Source: Isurus oxyrinchus
Lineage: Eukaryota
DNA length: 64,000 bases
NCBI GenBank assembly: GCA_026770705.1
Contig: JANJGN010000007.1
Location: forward strand, 97,464,001 to 97,528,000
Direction of reading: 5' to 3'
The notes below the pieces were generated by a model, which saw only the letters and a program-made list of their open reading frames with translations, was not told where the DNA came from and made no database searches. The translations under genes were made by a program, and so were the position numbers. Position 1 is the stretch's first letter. Every line of letters starts with the position of its first letter. Shown in pieces: positions 36,713 to 50,048 of the stretch.

Positions 36713-39107
36713 TTGGCCAGTTGATGGGGGTGTGGGGGTTGGGGGGGTGGGTGGGGGGCGGGTGGAGGAGGTACTCAATAGGTTGATCACTAGTTATCAT
36801 GATTTGCACTCTAGAAAAAGATAGACTTCACGGGGAAGTAAATTAATCAGAAAGCCTGTTTACATGTGGAGAAAATATTTGAATTGAATGCATTGACAGA
36901 GGAGGGCGCAGGAAGACCAGCCATGTAAGTGCTGGACTACTTCAGCTGTTTGGTGAATTGTCTTCTGCCATAATTTCAATAGTCTCGGGAATAAGATTAA
37001 GGCCAGTGTAGTGAGTGCAGATTCTCTACACATGTTTAAAATGATCTGTCCAAGTCCCCAGAAGTGATATATGTCATAGTGATCATACGGCACGGAACGA
37101 GACCATTTGGCTCATCGAGTCAGTGCCAGCTGTTTCATAGAGATATCCAGTTAGTCCCAGTCATCCGTTTTCCCCATACCCTTGTAATGATCAAGCTTTT
37201 CTCCAAACCTATTTTGAATATTACTATTGAAGATGCTTATATAGCGACTTCAGGCAATCCATTCCTGATCACATCAACACACTATTTATGAAATTTTCTC
37301 CCCATGTGCCCTCTCATATTCTGCAAATCGCCCTCATTCTTTATTTTTGGTTAACCGTACTGGGCCGTTTCTTATTTACCCTATCAAGCTGATCAGAGTT
37401 ATAAACATCTCCATCAAACCTCTATCAAACTTCTCTGCACCATAAAGAACGGCCCGAGCTTATCCTGTCTCTCCACATAATGGAAGTACCATGGTCCTGG
37501 TAATATTCTAGCAAATCTCCTCTATACACCCTGAAAGACTTTGAAATCCTTCCGAAAGTGTTGTGTTCAGATTTTGACACAATTCTTTAGGTGAAAACTA
37601 ATGAGTGTTTTATAAAGTTGAACAAAACTGCTTTCATTTTGATTTCTATTCCAATATTAACAAAGCCGAGCATAACTATTTTGTAAACTCAACTTAGCCT
37701 GCCACCATGAAATATTTGTATACTTATATCCTCATGGCATTCTGTTCCAGCAACCCATTTACATTCCATAATTTAGTCATGCTACCCCACCCCAGCACCC
37801 ATAGCCCCACGCCCCACTCCACCTCAACACCTCCATGTTCTTCTAATCAAAACGCACCATTACATATCTATCTGCATTAAATTTAATTAATACTGAACCT
37901 ACTCAATCTGCCATCATGTATGTAGCCGTCTGCATTTTGCCACTACCCTGTTGATTGTTTACCATATTTCTGGGCTTTTTAATAACCTGATAATGTTGAC
38001 AGTATGCCCGAAATATGCAATTCCACATCATTAAGTGCTATCGAAAAGAGTTTTCCTAATAAAAGCGTGGAAAAACAACACTCGATGCACCACCACCCCA
38101 CATTCCCCCAGCGCCCACCCCCACACCCCCACCACCACCCCCCCCCCCCCCCCCCACCACCCCCACTTCCCCCCCACCCCCACCACTCCAAAAAAATCAA
38201 CTGCTTCTCACTAAACTTTGATTGTCGTCCTTTGGTCTATTGCTGACTGTTCCTTTAATCCAGATAGCCTTAAGTTAGTTAATAACTTTAATATGCAGAA
38301 CTTTGGCAACGGCCTTTTGAAAATCCAAACCAACCATCGGTCATCTCAGGTAATTTTGCAAAAAACACCATCAAATTTGCCGAACCCCCTTTTGCCTTCA
38401 ACAATCAGTATTAACTTTCATTTGACTAGAAAATACGATTCCCATAGGCCAACTTTCCCTGGGTTACGATATTTAAAGTTTTTCACCCCACTTTAGGATA
38501 ACTTGGCCATGGTTGTTCGTATTAACATTTCTATTCATGGAGCAAAGGTGCAACATTTTTATTCCCCTGACACTGCTCAGAAATCCAATACCGCTTTTAG
38601 GGCCAGACGAAACCGAGCAGATCCCTCAGCATAATATCACTCAGCACGAAAAGCAGATGGGGGACTCCGTAATGTATTGAATGGTTAAGTTCATCCACTG
38701 GGACGAGATTCTTAAACTCTCAGAGAAACTTTCCTTTAATGCATTTTATCAATAAAACAAGATTTATTTTTAGTCAATTTGTGTGCTTTGGGGGCACAGA
38801 GTGAGACAAACAAATGCATCCATACGCATCCGCAAGAAAGTTGTACAAACATTAAGTAAAATGCGATATATAACCTGAATAAAGTGTTGATGTTATCATA
38901 AATAGTTACTGTATGCGTCGACCTGTGTTGCACTTTGGTTGTTTAATACTACTACTATAGGGCTCAAGGCAAATGAAAAATGGGATGTTCCTTGGTCCCT
39001 CCATCAGAGAGGATGATTTTGATATGTCAGTTAAATGACGTTTCTTAATTATTTAGCATCATCTGCTCTTTAAAATGCTCACATTCCACTTTCCCTGTCC
39101 CTTTTAG

Positions 39108-39223
39108 GTCGTACTTTCCCCTATCGCTGGTGTCTGGTTCTGCAGCGGGCGGATTAATGATTTCAGTAATGATGCTGTTGCTGGCAGTTCTTGTCAAGCG
39201 ATGCAAAATGGATAGACCTGATG
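39108..39223 (+). pseudogene. Transmembrane exon of copy 2
   Basis: CCCTTTTAG acceptor; encodes YFPLSLVSGSAAGGLMISVMMLLLAVLVKRCKMDRPD. The 5' end is frameshifted and the donor is removed by a 10-nt deletion between GATGG repeats relative to copy 1. Confidence 0.75.
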
Positions 39224-39893
39224 GCACGGTCCTGATTTAAAACTGGGTGTTACCGTCTAGACACAGTGAAATGCTATGGCAGGAGGCCGGGAGCTTATAT
39301 GGTGCAGCCTTCATCTCGATTTCGAGACCAGCGTCTATCGCACAGGGAGAGTTTGTCGGTTTTGTCCCAGTGAGGTGATGAGGGTAAGGACTCAACTCGA
39401 GAGGCAGATCAGAATAAGCTCACCAGCAACGACCATTAAATTTGACTGTGTTTCTGTTCTTGGCGATTACTCAAGGTGATGGTGTGAACTCCATGTGTTA
39501 AATGCCGCTAAGGTTGGACTGTACAGGGAGGAGCAGCAAACTTGGGGCAGAAAACCTGAACCAGGAGTATAAATTTAATGCGTGATATCTAAAGACAGAA
39601 AATGTTGTAAATGTTCACCAGTACATATGGAGATAAAATCAGCATTGATGCTTTATGCGTATGACCTTTGGTCAGAACCGGGACTTGGAAAAATAACTCT
39701 GCTTTTCAGCATCGGTTGTGTTTTATTTTTATGTAAAACCGTAAAATGGACACCATCTCGTCCACCTGTAGAACCATATGGTAATTTTCTACTGATGATG
39801 AGTCTGGTCACGTTGCTCGAAAGTTGGGTAATTTTTGGCGGACACTTCGCACATGATTAAATTGATTCTTGATGTAATTTATTTCTCCGAAAG

Positions 39894-39937
39894 GCAGGGC
39901 GATTCCAGAGCTCATGACCAACCAGTTCGAGCAGCAG
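39894..39937 (+). pseudogene. Candidate 44-nt cytoplasmic mini-exon (phase 1 to 0), copy 2
   Basis: Reads GRAIPELMTNQFEQQ. The paralog at 19697-19723 ends CAG|GTCAGT. It would bridge the phase-1 TM exon to the phase-0 terminal exon. Confidence 0.3.
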
Positions 39938-40668
39938 TCAGTTTCAGGTTAATTTAATGAAAAATAGGCTGTTATTTCACTGTCCTGAACACTCACAGCA
40001 TAGTTATACTGGTTGTCCTGGGGCGTCAGAAATGCTCCTGCTCATATTGGAGCACACAGCAAAAAAATCTGAGTTCATGGTATCCTCAATATCCTCCGTA
40101 ATGTGAAGTATGCTCAGAGGCCCATCAGCACAACAATGATACCCGAATCCAGGCAACCCTCCAGCTCTCGCAGACACCGGCATTCTTGTTTCCGTTTAGT
40201 CAGTGCCGGTTAGGCGCCTACTCAACCATATTCAGCTCAATTCTGTGATCACCCGATACCCCCACCCATGAACTACTGAGCGGCATCTGCATGTTGACTG
40301 GGGCTGCTCACTGAGTGATACCGCTCCTGTCCAGGCCCCAAAGCCCCCGAAAAAAGTTAACTTCTAAAATAATCAAACTCCGAACTTGTTTGTGCGTTAA
40401 ATGTTGAGTAGCGCATGCGCCAGTTCTTGGCCTAATTGCTGATAACACAAATGATGACTGCATCTTCAGATAAATGAAGCCAATTGCGAATGAGATGTCT
40501 GCGATGTACTTGTAAGACTATTATCACAGGGACATTACCAACTACAGGCCTGACCTGCAGTAATTAAACTCAGCCAAAATGTTTATTTTTCGTTGCTTTG
40601 GTTCCCCTCTATCTTCGTTTGCTGATTTAATATATAGCAGCTAATATTTCTCCAAACTATCTCCACAG

Positions 40669-40821
40669 AGCAAGCATGGAGGAGAAGCGGGGAGTCCGAC
40701 TTCCCCTGCTCACCTTCAGAGAGCAGAGCAAAACAGAGATACCAAGGCGAGAGAAAAAAACACCTCCTATGCCCAGGTTCGGCCGATAAACAGAAGTCTA
40801 TTCCAAACAGGCCCGCTCTGA
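40669..40821 (+). pseudogene. Terminal cytoplasmic exon of copy 2 with ITSM-like TSYAQV
   Basis: CTCCACAG acceptor; SKHGGEAGSPTSPAHLQRAEQNRDTKAREKNTSYAQVRPINRSLFQTGPL*; motif at 40762-40779. Confidence 0.7.
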
Positions 40822-41168
40822 CACAACGTCTGATCTCAGTAATGTGCATTGACAGACTGAAATAATTAATGTGAGCAAAAGGTGCGAATTGTCCTTGTTT
40901 CTACAGACCAAGCACGGGACAAATGGTAAGCTAACTTATGGGTTTTTGGATTTCACCGATTTCCAGAATGGGCAAGGAGGAAACAGGGGAAAAGCGGAGT
41001 GGAGCATGCAGAGAACGATATAAGTAAACCAAACGGATAGACCCGGGTTCCCTGAGCATCACCAAAGTCCAGCACTGTTACAGTTACACCGGGGCTACTT
41101 TGTTGTAACCTGAATTCTACACTAACCGTGTATAATACACCGGCAATACATTGTGCTGTACTTGATTG

Positions 41169-42076
41169 TGTCATGAAAATATAATAATTCGCGTAATATT
41201 GATATGAGTTATTGTAAAAGTGGGTTAATAGTGGCGTTTGGATAATGTATGTATGTGTGTATCTGGTATTCAATTGAATTTCAGTAGCTGGTCTGGGGGT
41301 TCAGAGTAATCAAAAAGAAGCTAGGTTAGAAATACTAAATACATAAACATTGGTTAAGTTTTAGAATATGAGGTGTAAGGAAATTTGCATGTTTCGGTAA
41401 ATTAGGTTAAATTAAGTTTCAAAGAGATGATAAGATGTTTCGGCTGGCCAGCAGAAGCTAAGACAAACAGTCCATTTATTTTTATTCCCAAATGCTGGTG
41501 ATAAAATTAATATTTTGAAAAGATTTATATTATGAGAGAGGTGAACATCCAAACATATATCAGAACAATGGAATTTGCATTAAGAAAGGAGAAACATGAA
41601 TAAAGAAGATGAGGCTGTGTGCCAGAGGCAAGGATTTCTAAGCTCTAACCCAAGTGTGAACAGCCTCCAGCCTCTGTGAATCAAGCAGCTGTCTGCAGGA
41701 ACCGAAGCTGAGAAAATTAAGTTTGAATTATCCTATCCATGATATTGTGTTGCTTTTCCTGCGTCTGTTTAAATCTATTTATTTTTACTGTTGCCTTAAC
41801 GGGGTTGTAATTGGAAGCCAGATTAATTAGGAGTTTTACCACTTAATATAGTAGTAATTTGTAGACCTATACACGTGCTTGAAATATGGCATTTTATAAA
41901 TAAATGTTTAATTTAGTTTTCTAAAAAATTCTGAATTCGTGATGGCCTTATTTTCTCTGAATTCAGGACATGCATCCCGAAGTAAAATACAAATTACAAA
42001 ATAGTTGTGACCACGTGATCAAGTTTCCCTCGTGGATTTGATCCGCCTGGCACGCATAGCCTGCTACGTCAAAACA
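41169..42076. mobile_element. Solo LTR (probably Gypsy-type)
   Basis: 908 bp with termini TGTCATGA...TCAAAACA and a 4-bp TSD ATTG (41165-41168, 42077-42080). Absent from the paralogous site near 21720. Confidence 0.75.
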
Positions 42077-44829
42077 ATTGGAACAGGAGGAAGGAGCAGG
42101 AGATTTAAGGCAGCAAGACTCTGGCATAATGACCTGCGTCTATTCTTGAAATATGCATTCCCTGTAAAATCAAGGAGAACAATGTGTTACTTATCATAGG
42201 CTTCAAATGGGAACGAAGGAAATTGAAGACCAGTGTCTAGTCTGATGGGATGCTATATGACTATTTAGTTGCATCAATTTGTCATATACCGTTACATAGC
42301 AGTCTTACATACTACTTACCGTGGAGAAACACGCCACTCGTCTCAAAATGTCTAGGTCAGTGCTCTTCACAATTATTCTCCAATCTTTTTTGTCAAGCTC
42401 CAATGACCATCCTTCCATTTCTTTTTACCTTTAGCATGTTTCTAGCTTCCACTTAAATACGTCTATGTCAGTGGTGTCAAGTGCTCATGGGGTCGCGAAG
42501 TCCACATCCTAAAGGTACCCTGGCTAAAGAGATCCCTCACAATTCGGTTAGCCACTAACTTTTATTTGTAATGTTAAAGTTCTACTATCTCACACATGTG
42601 TAAATATATTTGTCACAACTATCCTGCTAATCCATTTTATAAAGTCAGAACCCTTTTTCAAATTATCCCTTCGCATTAAAATCATACGAAATAGCAACAG
42701 GAGCAGACTACTCAAGGCGATATTCGATGATATTTTACTTAAGATTTACCATTCCTTAGAATCTATGCAAAACTATCCATCTACCTATCAAATGTAAAAT
42801 AAAGGTTGCACTTATGTAGTGCTTTCACAGCCTGATGATGAGGCAATTGACTTTCCTGCCAATAAAATATTTATGGAAGTGTTCTCAAAGTAGAGATATA
42901 TTAATAGCCTCAACAATAAATCCAGGGCTTCAGCACCTTAATTGCACCTCACAGATGCCTCTACCCCAGCAGTCTTCTGAGGGCTGGGGAGCTCAGCTGA
43001 ACCTGCCTCCTCCTGCTGCAGTCATGTGTCCATGCATGGAACACCAGATTGTGAACCTGAGTCTGATTCATATCTAGGTTCCACCAAGGCATGTGTCTCT
43101 GAAACTGCAGGCCACATGCCCCTTTACGCTATGAGTCTCGCTGTAAACAGCTGCACCTTGTTGAATGAGGAGTAACTGGCATGTTAACTGGATATTAACC
43201 TTATAATTACTGCTGAATAACCTCTCGCGAAACAGTACACCAATATTAAATTTGTGAGATGTTGAAGTTATTCATTATGATAAATGAAATGTTTTGAACA
43301 AAATTATTTCTGCAATTTCGCTGCCACTTCTTTTGAGTTTATAATGTGATGTTCTATCTCTATCACATTTTGTTCTTTGCCATATATTTGACTGTATAAT
43401 TCATCACTACTCATTGTCATTGGATCTTCAAACTTTAATTTAGAACTTCCTTTGTTGATTTCCAAACTGCTCATTTGGCTTTTTGATTAAACCTTTAACA
43501 TTCTCTTTTTCATCAATACCTTTGCTAGTTGCAATCTTCTATATATTCCCTTATTTATCAATGGCATGTGCTACTCGTTAGTGTGCTCTTTATCTTTATT
43601 GGATATACTTACCCTGTAGCCTATGGATCACCATTTCAAATGATTCCCGCTTCTGCTTTGTTTATGTATCATCATTTTTCCTAGCTTTTTTCCATGTTTT
43701 GATTATCATTCACGAAATGTCGCTTTTCTGATTTATTACTTTGGTTTTCGTCTTGTGTTCTTAAAATGTTGTTATATACGAAAATGTTGCTATCACTATT
43801 GCCCAGATGCCCCCCTATGTTTATTTATCTTACCTTGTTTAGGTCATTTCCTATTACTGTATCCTGCGATGCTTGTCATTTGTTGGGATTTTTAAATACT
43901 GTGTAAGAAAGAAATCCCCCACACATTTTAAAAGCCCCATCAGTTTTATCACTACTGCTAAGTTTACATTGTGGTTTATTTGAGGGCAGTAACATTAATT
44001 AATCTCCTTTGCCCTCTGTCATTCTATATGTTTGGTCCCATATTGCTTCCTCCATACCCTTTTCCCGATGAGGTACTTTGTATCATGAACCCCATTAGTC
44101 TAATTGATCTTTACCTATACTTTATGCCACTCCATGTGGATTTGGTTTCTCACCTCCTGTTAGTTATATCCCGTTTATTCTGCTACTCATATATTAGCAT
44201 TAATTAGTGCAAGCACTACCTATCCCCCAACTCCCCCCCCCACCCCCACCCCAGCCCTCACCCCACCCATCACAGGCCCTGTTTCAACCTCAAGCTAGTG
44301 GAGAGTGATCACAACCACGGGCTGGAGATCACTGAGCCCAGCTCGGAGCGAGCTGTATCTGTCCGTGAAGGACATCATGATCGATATATTTCAATAAAAA
44401 TATGATATTATCTGACAATCAGCATGTTAATGGAGCCGTAGCATAATGGCAAGAATGCTGAACTTGAAGTCGTAGAGGCCTGGGACAATAATCTAGACAG
44501 ATGAGTTCAAAACCCCTCAGGGCAGGTGAGGAATTTTAATTTAATTAATACATTTCGAATTTAACGAAAGATAGTTATATGGACAGAACAAAAAAAAAAC
44601 GAAATACGCAGCCGGCCTGGTAGCACCGATGGCGAGAGTAACAGAGTTAATGCTTTAGATCGATGAGCTATCATCAGAACTAGAGGAAAATTAGTTGCAT
44701 TTTTAAGAGGTTTTAAGGAGTACAAAGGCAATATTGTGTTGCCAGTCCACTTCTAAATATTCTCATCCTTTAGTGACACCTTCTGCATCTAGTTCACTGC
44801 TTTAGATTATTATTTCTGAAACGCCCAGG

Positions 44830-45160
44830 ATGCGGGCAAGATCGCGTTAGATCGGTATTTGGAAAATGTCATTCCATTATTGAAAAAAGGGAGGGAGGCA
44901 GAAATCCCAGCACTACCGGCCTATTACTTAACATCTGCCATCGGGAAAATGTTATAAGCTATTAATGAAAAAGTAATAGCAGAGCACTCGGATCAACTCA
45001 AGACCATCAAGCAGAGTCAACGTGGGTTTTGTGAAAAAGAAATCGTGTATGAGGAACTTACTGGGGTCCCTTGAGGAAGTAGCATGATCTGTGGATAAAG
45101 GGGAATCGGAGGAAGTAATGTATTTTGATTTACTGAAGGGATTTGCTAAAGTGGCACATC
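44830..45160 (+). mobile_element. CR1 LINE RT segment, split by a later CR1; continues at 50049-51160
   Basis: NPSTTGLL-like NYRP region and ...GFAKVAH resume as QRLFAEIKAHG at about 50050. Confidence 0.75.
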
Positions 45161-48100
45161 ATACGAACATACTATCAAGGAGCAGGAGTAGGCTAGTCGG
45201 CCCTTCGAAACTACTTTGCCATTGAACAAGATCATGACTGATCTAATAGTCACCTGAAATCTGCATCGCACCTACCCTCGATAAGCTATCGACCCCCTTG
45301 CTTGCCCAAGACTCTATCCACCTTTGCGTTACAAATATTGAAAGACACTGCTTCCACCACATTTTCAGGAAAAGAGTTCCTAAGGCTCATGAACCTCTGA
45401 GTGAAAAAACGCCTCATTCCTGTTTTAAGTGAGTGACCGCTTATTTATAAAGAATGACACGTAGTTCTAGATTCTTGCACAAGAGGAAACATCCTCTCCA
45501 CATCTACCTTGACAAAATCCCTCAGGCCTATATATGTTTCAATCAGGTCGCCTCCTACTCTTCTAAACTCCTGCGGAAGCAAACCTAGTCTGTCGAAACT
45601 TTCTTCCTAAGACAACCCACCCATTCCAGGTTTAAGTCTGGTAAACCGTCTCTGAGCTGCTTCCAATGCATTTGCATCCTTCCTTAAATAAGGTGACCAA
45701 AATTCTAAACTGTATCCCAAATCTAGTCTCACTAGTGCTCGTAACAACTGAAAGATATGTTTCCTGCTTTTGAATTCAATTCCCCTCAAAATAAATGATA
45801 ACATTCTATTAGCGTTCCTAATTACTTGCTTTACTTGCATACTAGATTTCTGAAAATCATGCTCTAGGACAGCAAGGTCCCTCTGCACCTCAGAGCTCTG
45901 CTATCTCTCACCATTTAGATAATATGCCTCTCTTTTATTCTTTCAGCCAAAATGGAAAATTTCACATTTCCCCACATTATACTTCATCTGCCAGATCATT
46001 GCTCACTCGCCTAACCTGTCAATGTCTTCTTGTAGCCTCGTTGTTCCCTCTTCACAACTTACTTTGCTACATAACTTTGTGTCATCAGCGAATTTCGCAA
46101 CCATTCATTCATCTGAGTCTCATATATTAATTGTGAACAGTTGAGGTTTTAGCGCTGATCTGTGAAGCTCACCACTCGAGACATCTTGCCAAACTGAAAA
46201 AAACCCATTTTAGCCTACTCTCTATTTTCTGTTAGCTAGCCAATCTTCTATCCATGCCAATGTGCTACCCACTGTACCATAGATTTTATTTTCCGGAATA
46301 ACCTTTGCAGTGGCACTTCATCAAATACTTTCTGGAATTCTAAGTACAGAACATCCTCTGCTTCCCTTTGATCTAAAGCACATGTTGCTTCCTCAAATGA
46401 CTCCAATAAGTTGCATGAACACGATTGTCCTTTCACAAAAGCACGTTAACTCCGCTTGATGATCTTCAGCTGATTCGAGTGCCCTGCTATAACTTATTTA
46501 ATAATAGCTTGTAACATTTTCCCTAAGACAGATGTTAAATTAATTGGCCTCTAGATTCCTGCTTGCTGTCCCCCTCCATTTTTGCACAGTAGAAATACAT
46601 TTGAAATCTTCCAATCTGTTGGGGCGTTGCCCAAACGGAGGGATTTTGGAACATTTAAACCAATGCATTAACTATTAGACTAGCCACTTCTTTTAAGACC
46701 CTGGGATGAAGTCCATGAGGACCTGGCTCCTGTCATCCCGCTGCTCCAACAATTTACTCAGTACCACTCTCTTGTGGCTGTACTTTTCCTGACTTCCTTA
46801 TGCACTTCCATTTCCTGGTTTATAGCGGCTTCTAGGATGTTATTTGTATCCTCTATAGTGAAAACAGATGCAAACTACCCGTTCAATTCGTCTGCCATCT
46901 CCTTGTTTCCCATTATCAATTCTGCAGATACGCTTTCTATAGGACCAATGCTCACTTTGATAACTCGGTTCTTTGTAAAATATTCATAAAAGCTCTTACT
47001 ATATCTTCCAATATTTCTGGCTCGATTTCTCTAACACTCTAAACAACTCCTTCCCCCACCCCCTTTCCGTCACCCACGCCCCCCCACCCCCACCCCCACC
47101 CCGCCCCCCCCACCACAACCCCCGACCTCGTACCATTAGTATTTTAGTTATTATTTGCTGTTCTTTGTATTCTGTCCAATCTTCTGACCTGCCACTCTTC
47201 TTTGCACAATTATATGTTTTTCTTTGAAGCTTGATACTAACTTGAACTTTTCTAGTTAACCACGGATGGTGTGTCCGTCGCCTTGGAATCTTTCCTACAC
47301 GTTGGAAGGTATTTATTATGTGCATTCAGAAATAACAAATTAAATATTAGCCACCGCATCTTTATTGGCAGATCCTTAATGTAAATTTCCAATTCACTTG
47401 AAGCAGCTCAGCTTTATGGCCTCGCAATTGTCCTTATTTAAGGTTTAAAAACTTAGTCTCATACCCACTCCTCTCTTCATTAAATTGAATGTAAAATTCA
47501 AACATATTATAGTCGCTGCCAAACAGGAGGACATTAACTATGAGATCATTAATTTCTCCCACCTCATACCAGCATAGATCTAGAATAGCCTGCTCTCTGG
47601 TTGGCTCCAGAACATGTTGTTCTAACAAACTACCCCAAAAACATTCAACGTACTTCTCATCTAGGCGACTTTTGCCTGTCTGACTTTTCCACACTGTATG
47701 CAAGGTAAGCTCTCCCACGGTTATCACCGTGCTTTTCTAATTAGCTCCAATTATTTCTACCTTTATGATCAGCACTACAATGTGGTTACTGATTGTGGGC
47801 CTGTAAAAAACTCCAACAAGTGGATTTTTCCCTTTGCCATTTCGTATTTCTACACAAACCGTTTCCACATCCTGGTTTCCTGACCATGGGCCATCCCTCT
47901 CTATCTTCTAAAGCCACCATTAACTAACAGAGCCACGCCTTCACCTTTCTTGACGCGTCCTGTCCTCCCTAAACATCATGGAGCCGTCAATATTCAGGTC
48001 CCAATAAATGTCCTCCTGCAGCCATGTATCCATAGTGGCTATGAAATCATGATTATTTATTTCTACATGCACTCTCAGTTCGTCTGTTCTGTTTTCATTG

Positions 48101-50048
48101 CTACTTCCATTCAGATGCAGAGCTTTAAGTTTTATCATTGTTATCATTTTATAATCTCTAGTTTCATCTGTTAATTTACTGTTAGATTTGAACGCTCTCT
48201 CCCTTGATTGCATGGTCTGCTTGTCATTTCCCATAATGGTACCTTTTTCTAATGCGTTGTCTCTCCTTTTCGATTTACTACAACTTTTCAAATTTGATCG
48301 CTTGCCTGCACTTTTTAGTTTAAAACCCTCCCTACCTCCCAGTTATGTGGCTTACAAGAACAATTGTCACAGCATTGTTTGAGTGTAGACCGTCCCGATG
48401 GTACAGACCCCACGTGCCCCAATACTGGTACCAGGGCCCCAGGAACCAGAGCCCACTTCGAACACACCAGTCTTTAAGCCACGCATGCAACTCCCCAATC
48501 TGATTTGTGCTGTGACAATTGGCATGCCGTTGATGTAATAATACAGAGATTATGAACTTTCCAGTTCTGCTTCCTAATTTGGTGCCTACGTCCTCATACT
48601 GACAGTTCAGGTGCTCCTTCTTTGTCTTGCCTATGTCCTTGGTAGTTACATGGACCATGACGACTGGGTCTTCCACTCCCATTGCAAGTTCTTCTCCAGC
48701 CCCAAGTATATGTATCGAACCATGGCACCGGGCAGTCAACACAGCCTTCTGGACTTATGCCCTTTGCTGCAGAGAACGGTGTTAATCCGTCTGCTTATAC
48801 TGTCCTCTACTACCACTACTTTGTTTTTTTGCTCCCCCATTTGAATGGCTTCCTGCACCTCAGTTCCATGGTCGGTTAGAACATCCACCCTGCTGTCCCA
48901 ACTCTCATCCAAACAATATGCAAAAATCCCAAACCTGTTGGACCATTACAAAGGCTCAGACACTTCTGCTCCTACCCTCTGAATCCCTTTACCTGCCTCA
49001 TTCTCAGTCACACTCTCCTGTCCCCTACCACTGCCCAATTCAGAAGACTCTGTCTTAAGAGGTGTTACTGCCTCATGTTACAAACAATCCAGATAAGGTT
49101 CGCCCTCCCTAATGTGCCCCAGTGTCTGTAATTCAGCCTCTAGTTCATTGACCCAGAGCTGAAGCTGGTCAAACTTTAAACACTGACTGCAGACATGTTT
49201 GCACCGTATCAAATGGGCAACCAGGAACCCCATATGTTGCAGCTGCGATACATCACCCGTTCTGACTTCCTTAATATGTCTTAATTAACGATGTGAATAT
49301 TTTATTTAATTAAATATTCTGATTTTGTTTTTAGATATTGTATTAACCTTACCAGCAGTTGCCAAATTACTTTGAAATTTTTCAATAGAATAGACTTTAG
49401 CACTTACCAGATGCTCACCACATAACCAGTTTCTTCTCTTGTAGCAGAGTACAACTACTCCCTGAAAACTGAGAAAGATAGAAAGCAGAAAGAAAAAGAA
49501 CACCTGGTACCCTTCCTTCCCTAACGCCCTTAATTACCAAACTTCAAGCAGTATTGTAAGTCGCACTTCTTGCTATAAACCTGACTTACAGCATCTCGTT
49601 CCCCATATGCACCGAATCCCCACTTTGAACCAATATCCCAATTGCATTCATTCAGTTTCTGTCCCACTCAGGCCAAAGTCCCCAGCTGCTGATCATGCGC
49701 CTTTCAAGTTCCTTTCTTAACTTAATTTGTGATGAGTCATTCTCTAGCCTTGCTTCCTGCTCCAGCTATCAACACCTACTTTAGGCCATATTCTGGCAAA
49801 GGTGAGTCAGGTGATTGACAGTTAACTGCCACTAAGACAGGTGCTCATTTAACTCGGCTACTTATCTTAAAGACTGTTAATTCAGTGTTGTTAGATTTAG
49901 GTCAGAAACGGACTCTTAATCGAAAATTGAAATTGAAAAAGATTTATTAGTTGAATTCCCACTTTAAACCAAACTCCCAAATATATTCACCTGCTCTCTG
50001 TCTCACATAGATCAAATTCTTTCATCACTGATCCTGCACCTCTTACTG
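45161..50048 (-). mobile_element. Near full-length decayed CR1 LINE (esterase-type ORF1, endonuclease, RT)
   Basis: ORF 48332-48742 has SGNH/GDSL-like blocks (VVMVHVTTKDIG, RDGLHSN); 47941-48291 and 47434-47727 are APE-like (PTREQAILDL); 46248-46436 has LYLEFQKVFDEVP; 45607-45888 is the C-terminus. Confidence 0.9.

Larger units (their letters stand above)
21720..41160 (+). repeat. Tandem segmental duplication unit 2 (unit 1 about 1100-21000; unit 3 about 42080 to beyond the window end)
   Basis: Colinear blocks: 21720-22370/42080-42740, 24240-25330/43125-44210, 26490-28800/52535-54845 and 18350-20950/38590-41130. V exons lie at 6.5, 31.3 and 56.9 kb. Confidence 0.9.

Noticed and set aside
37979-38246. 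Poly-Pro / poly-Gly ORFs
   Set aside because: Translation of a C-rich low-complexity tract; similar tracts occur at 32640, 44220, 47050 and 58120 with no coding context.
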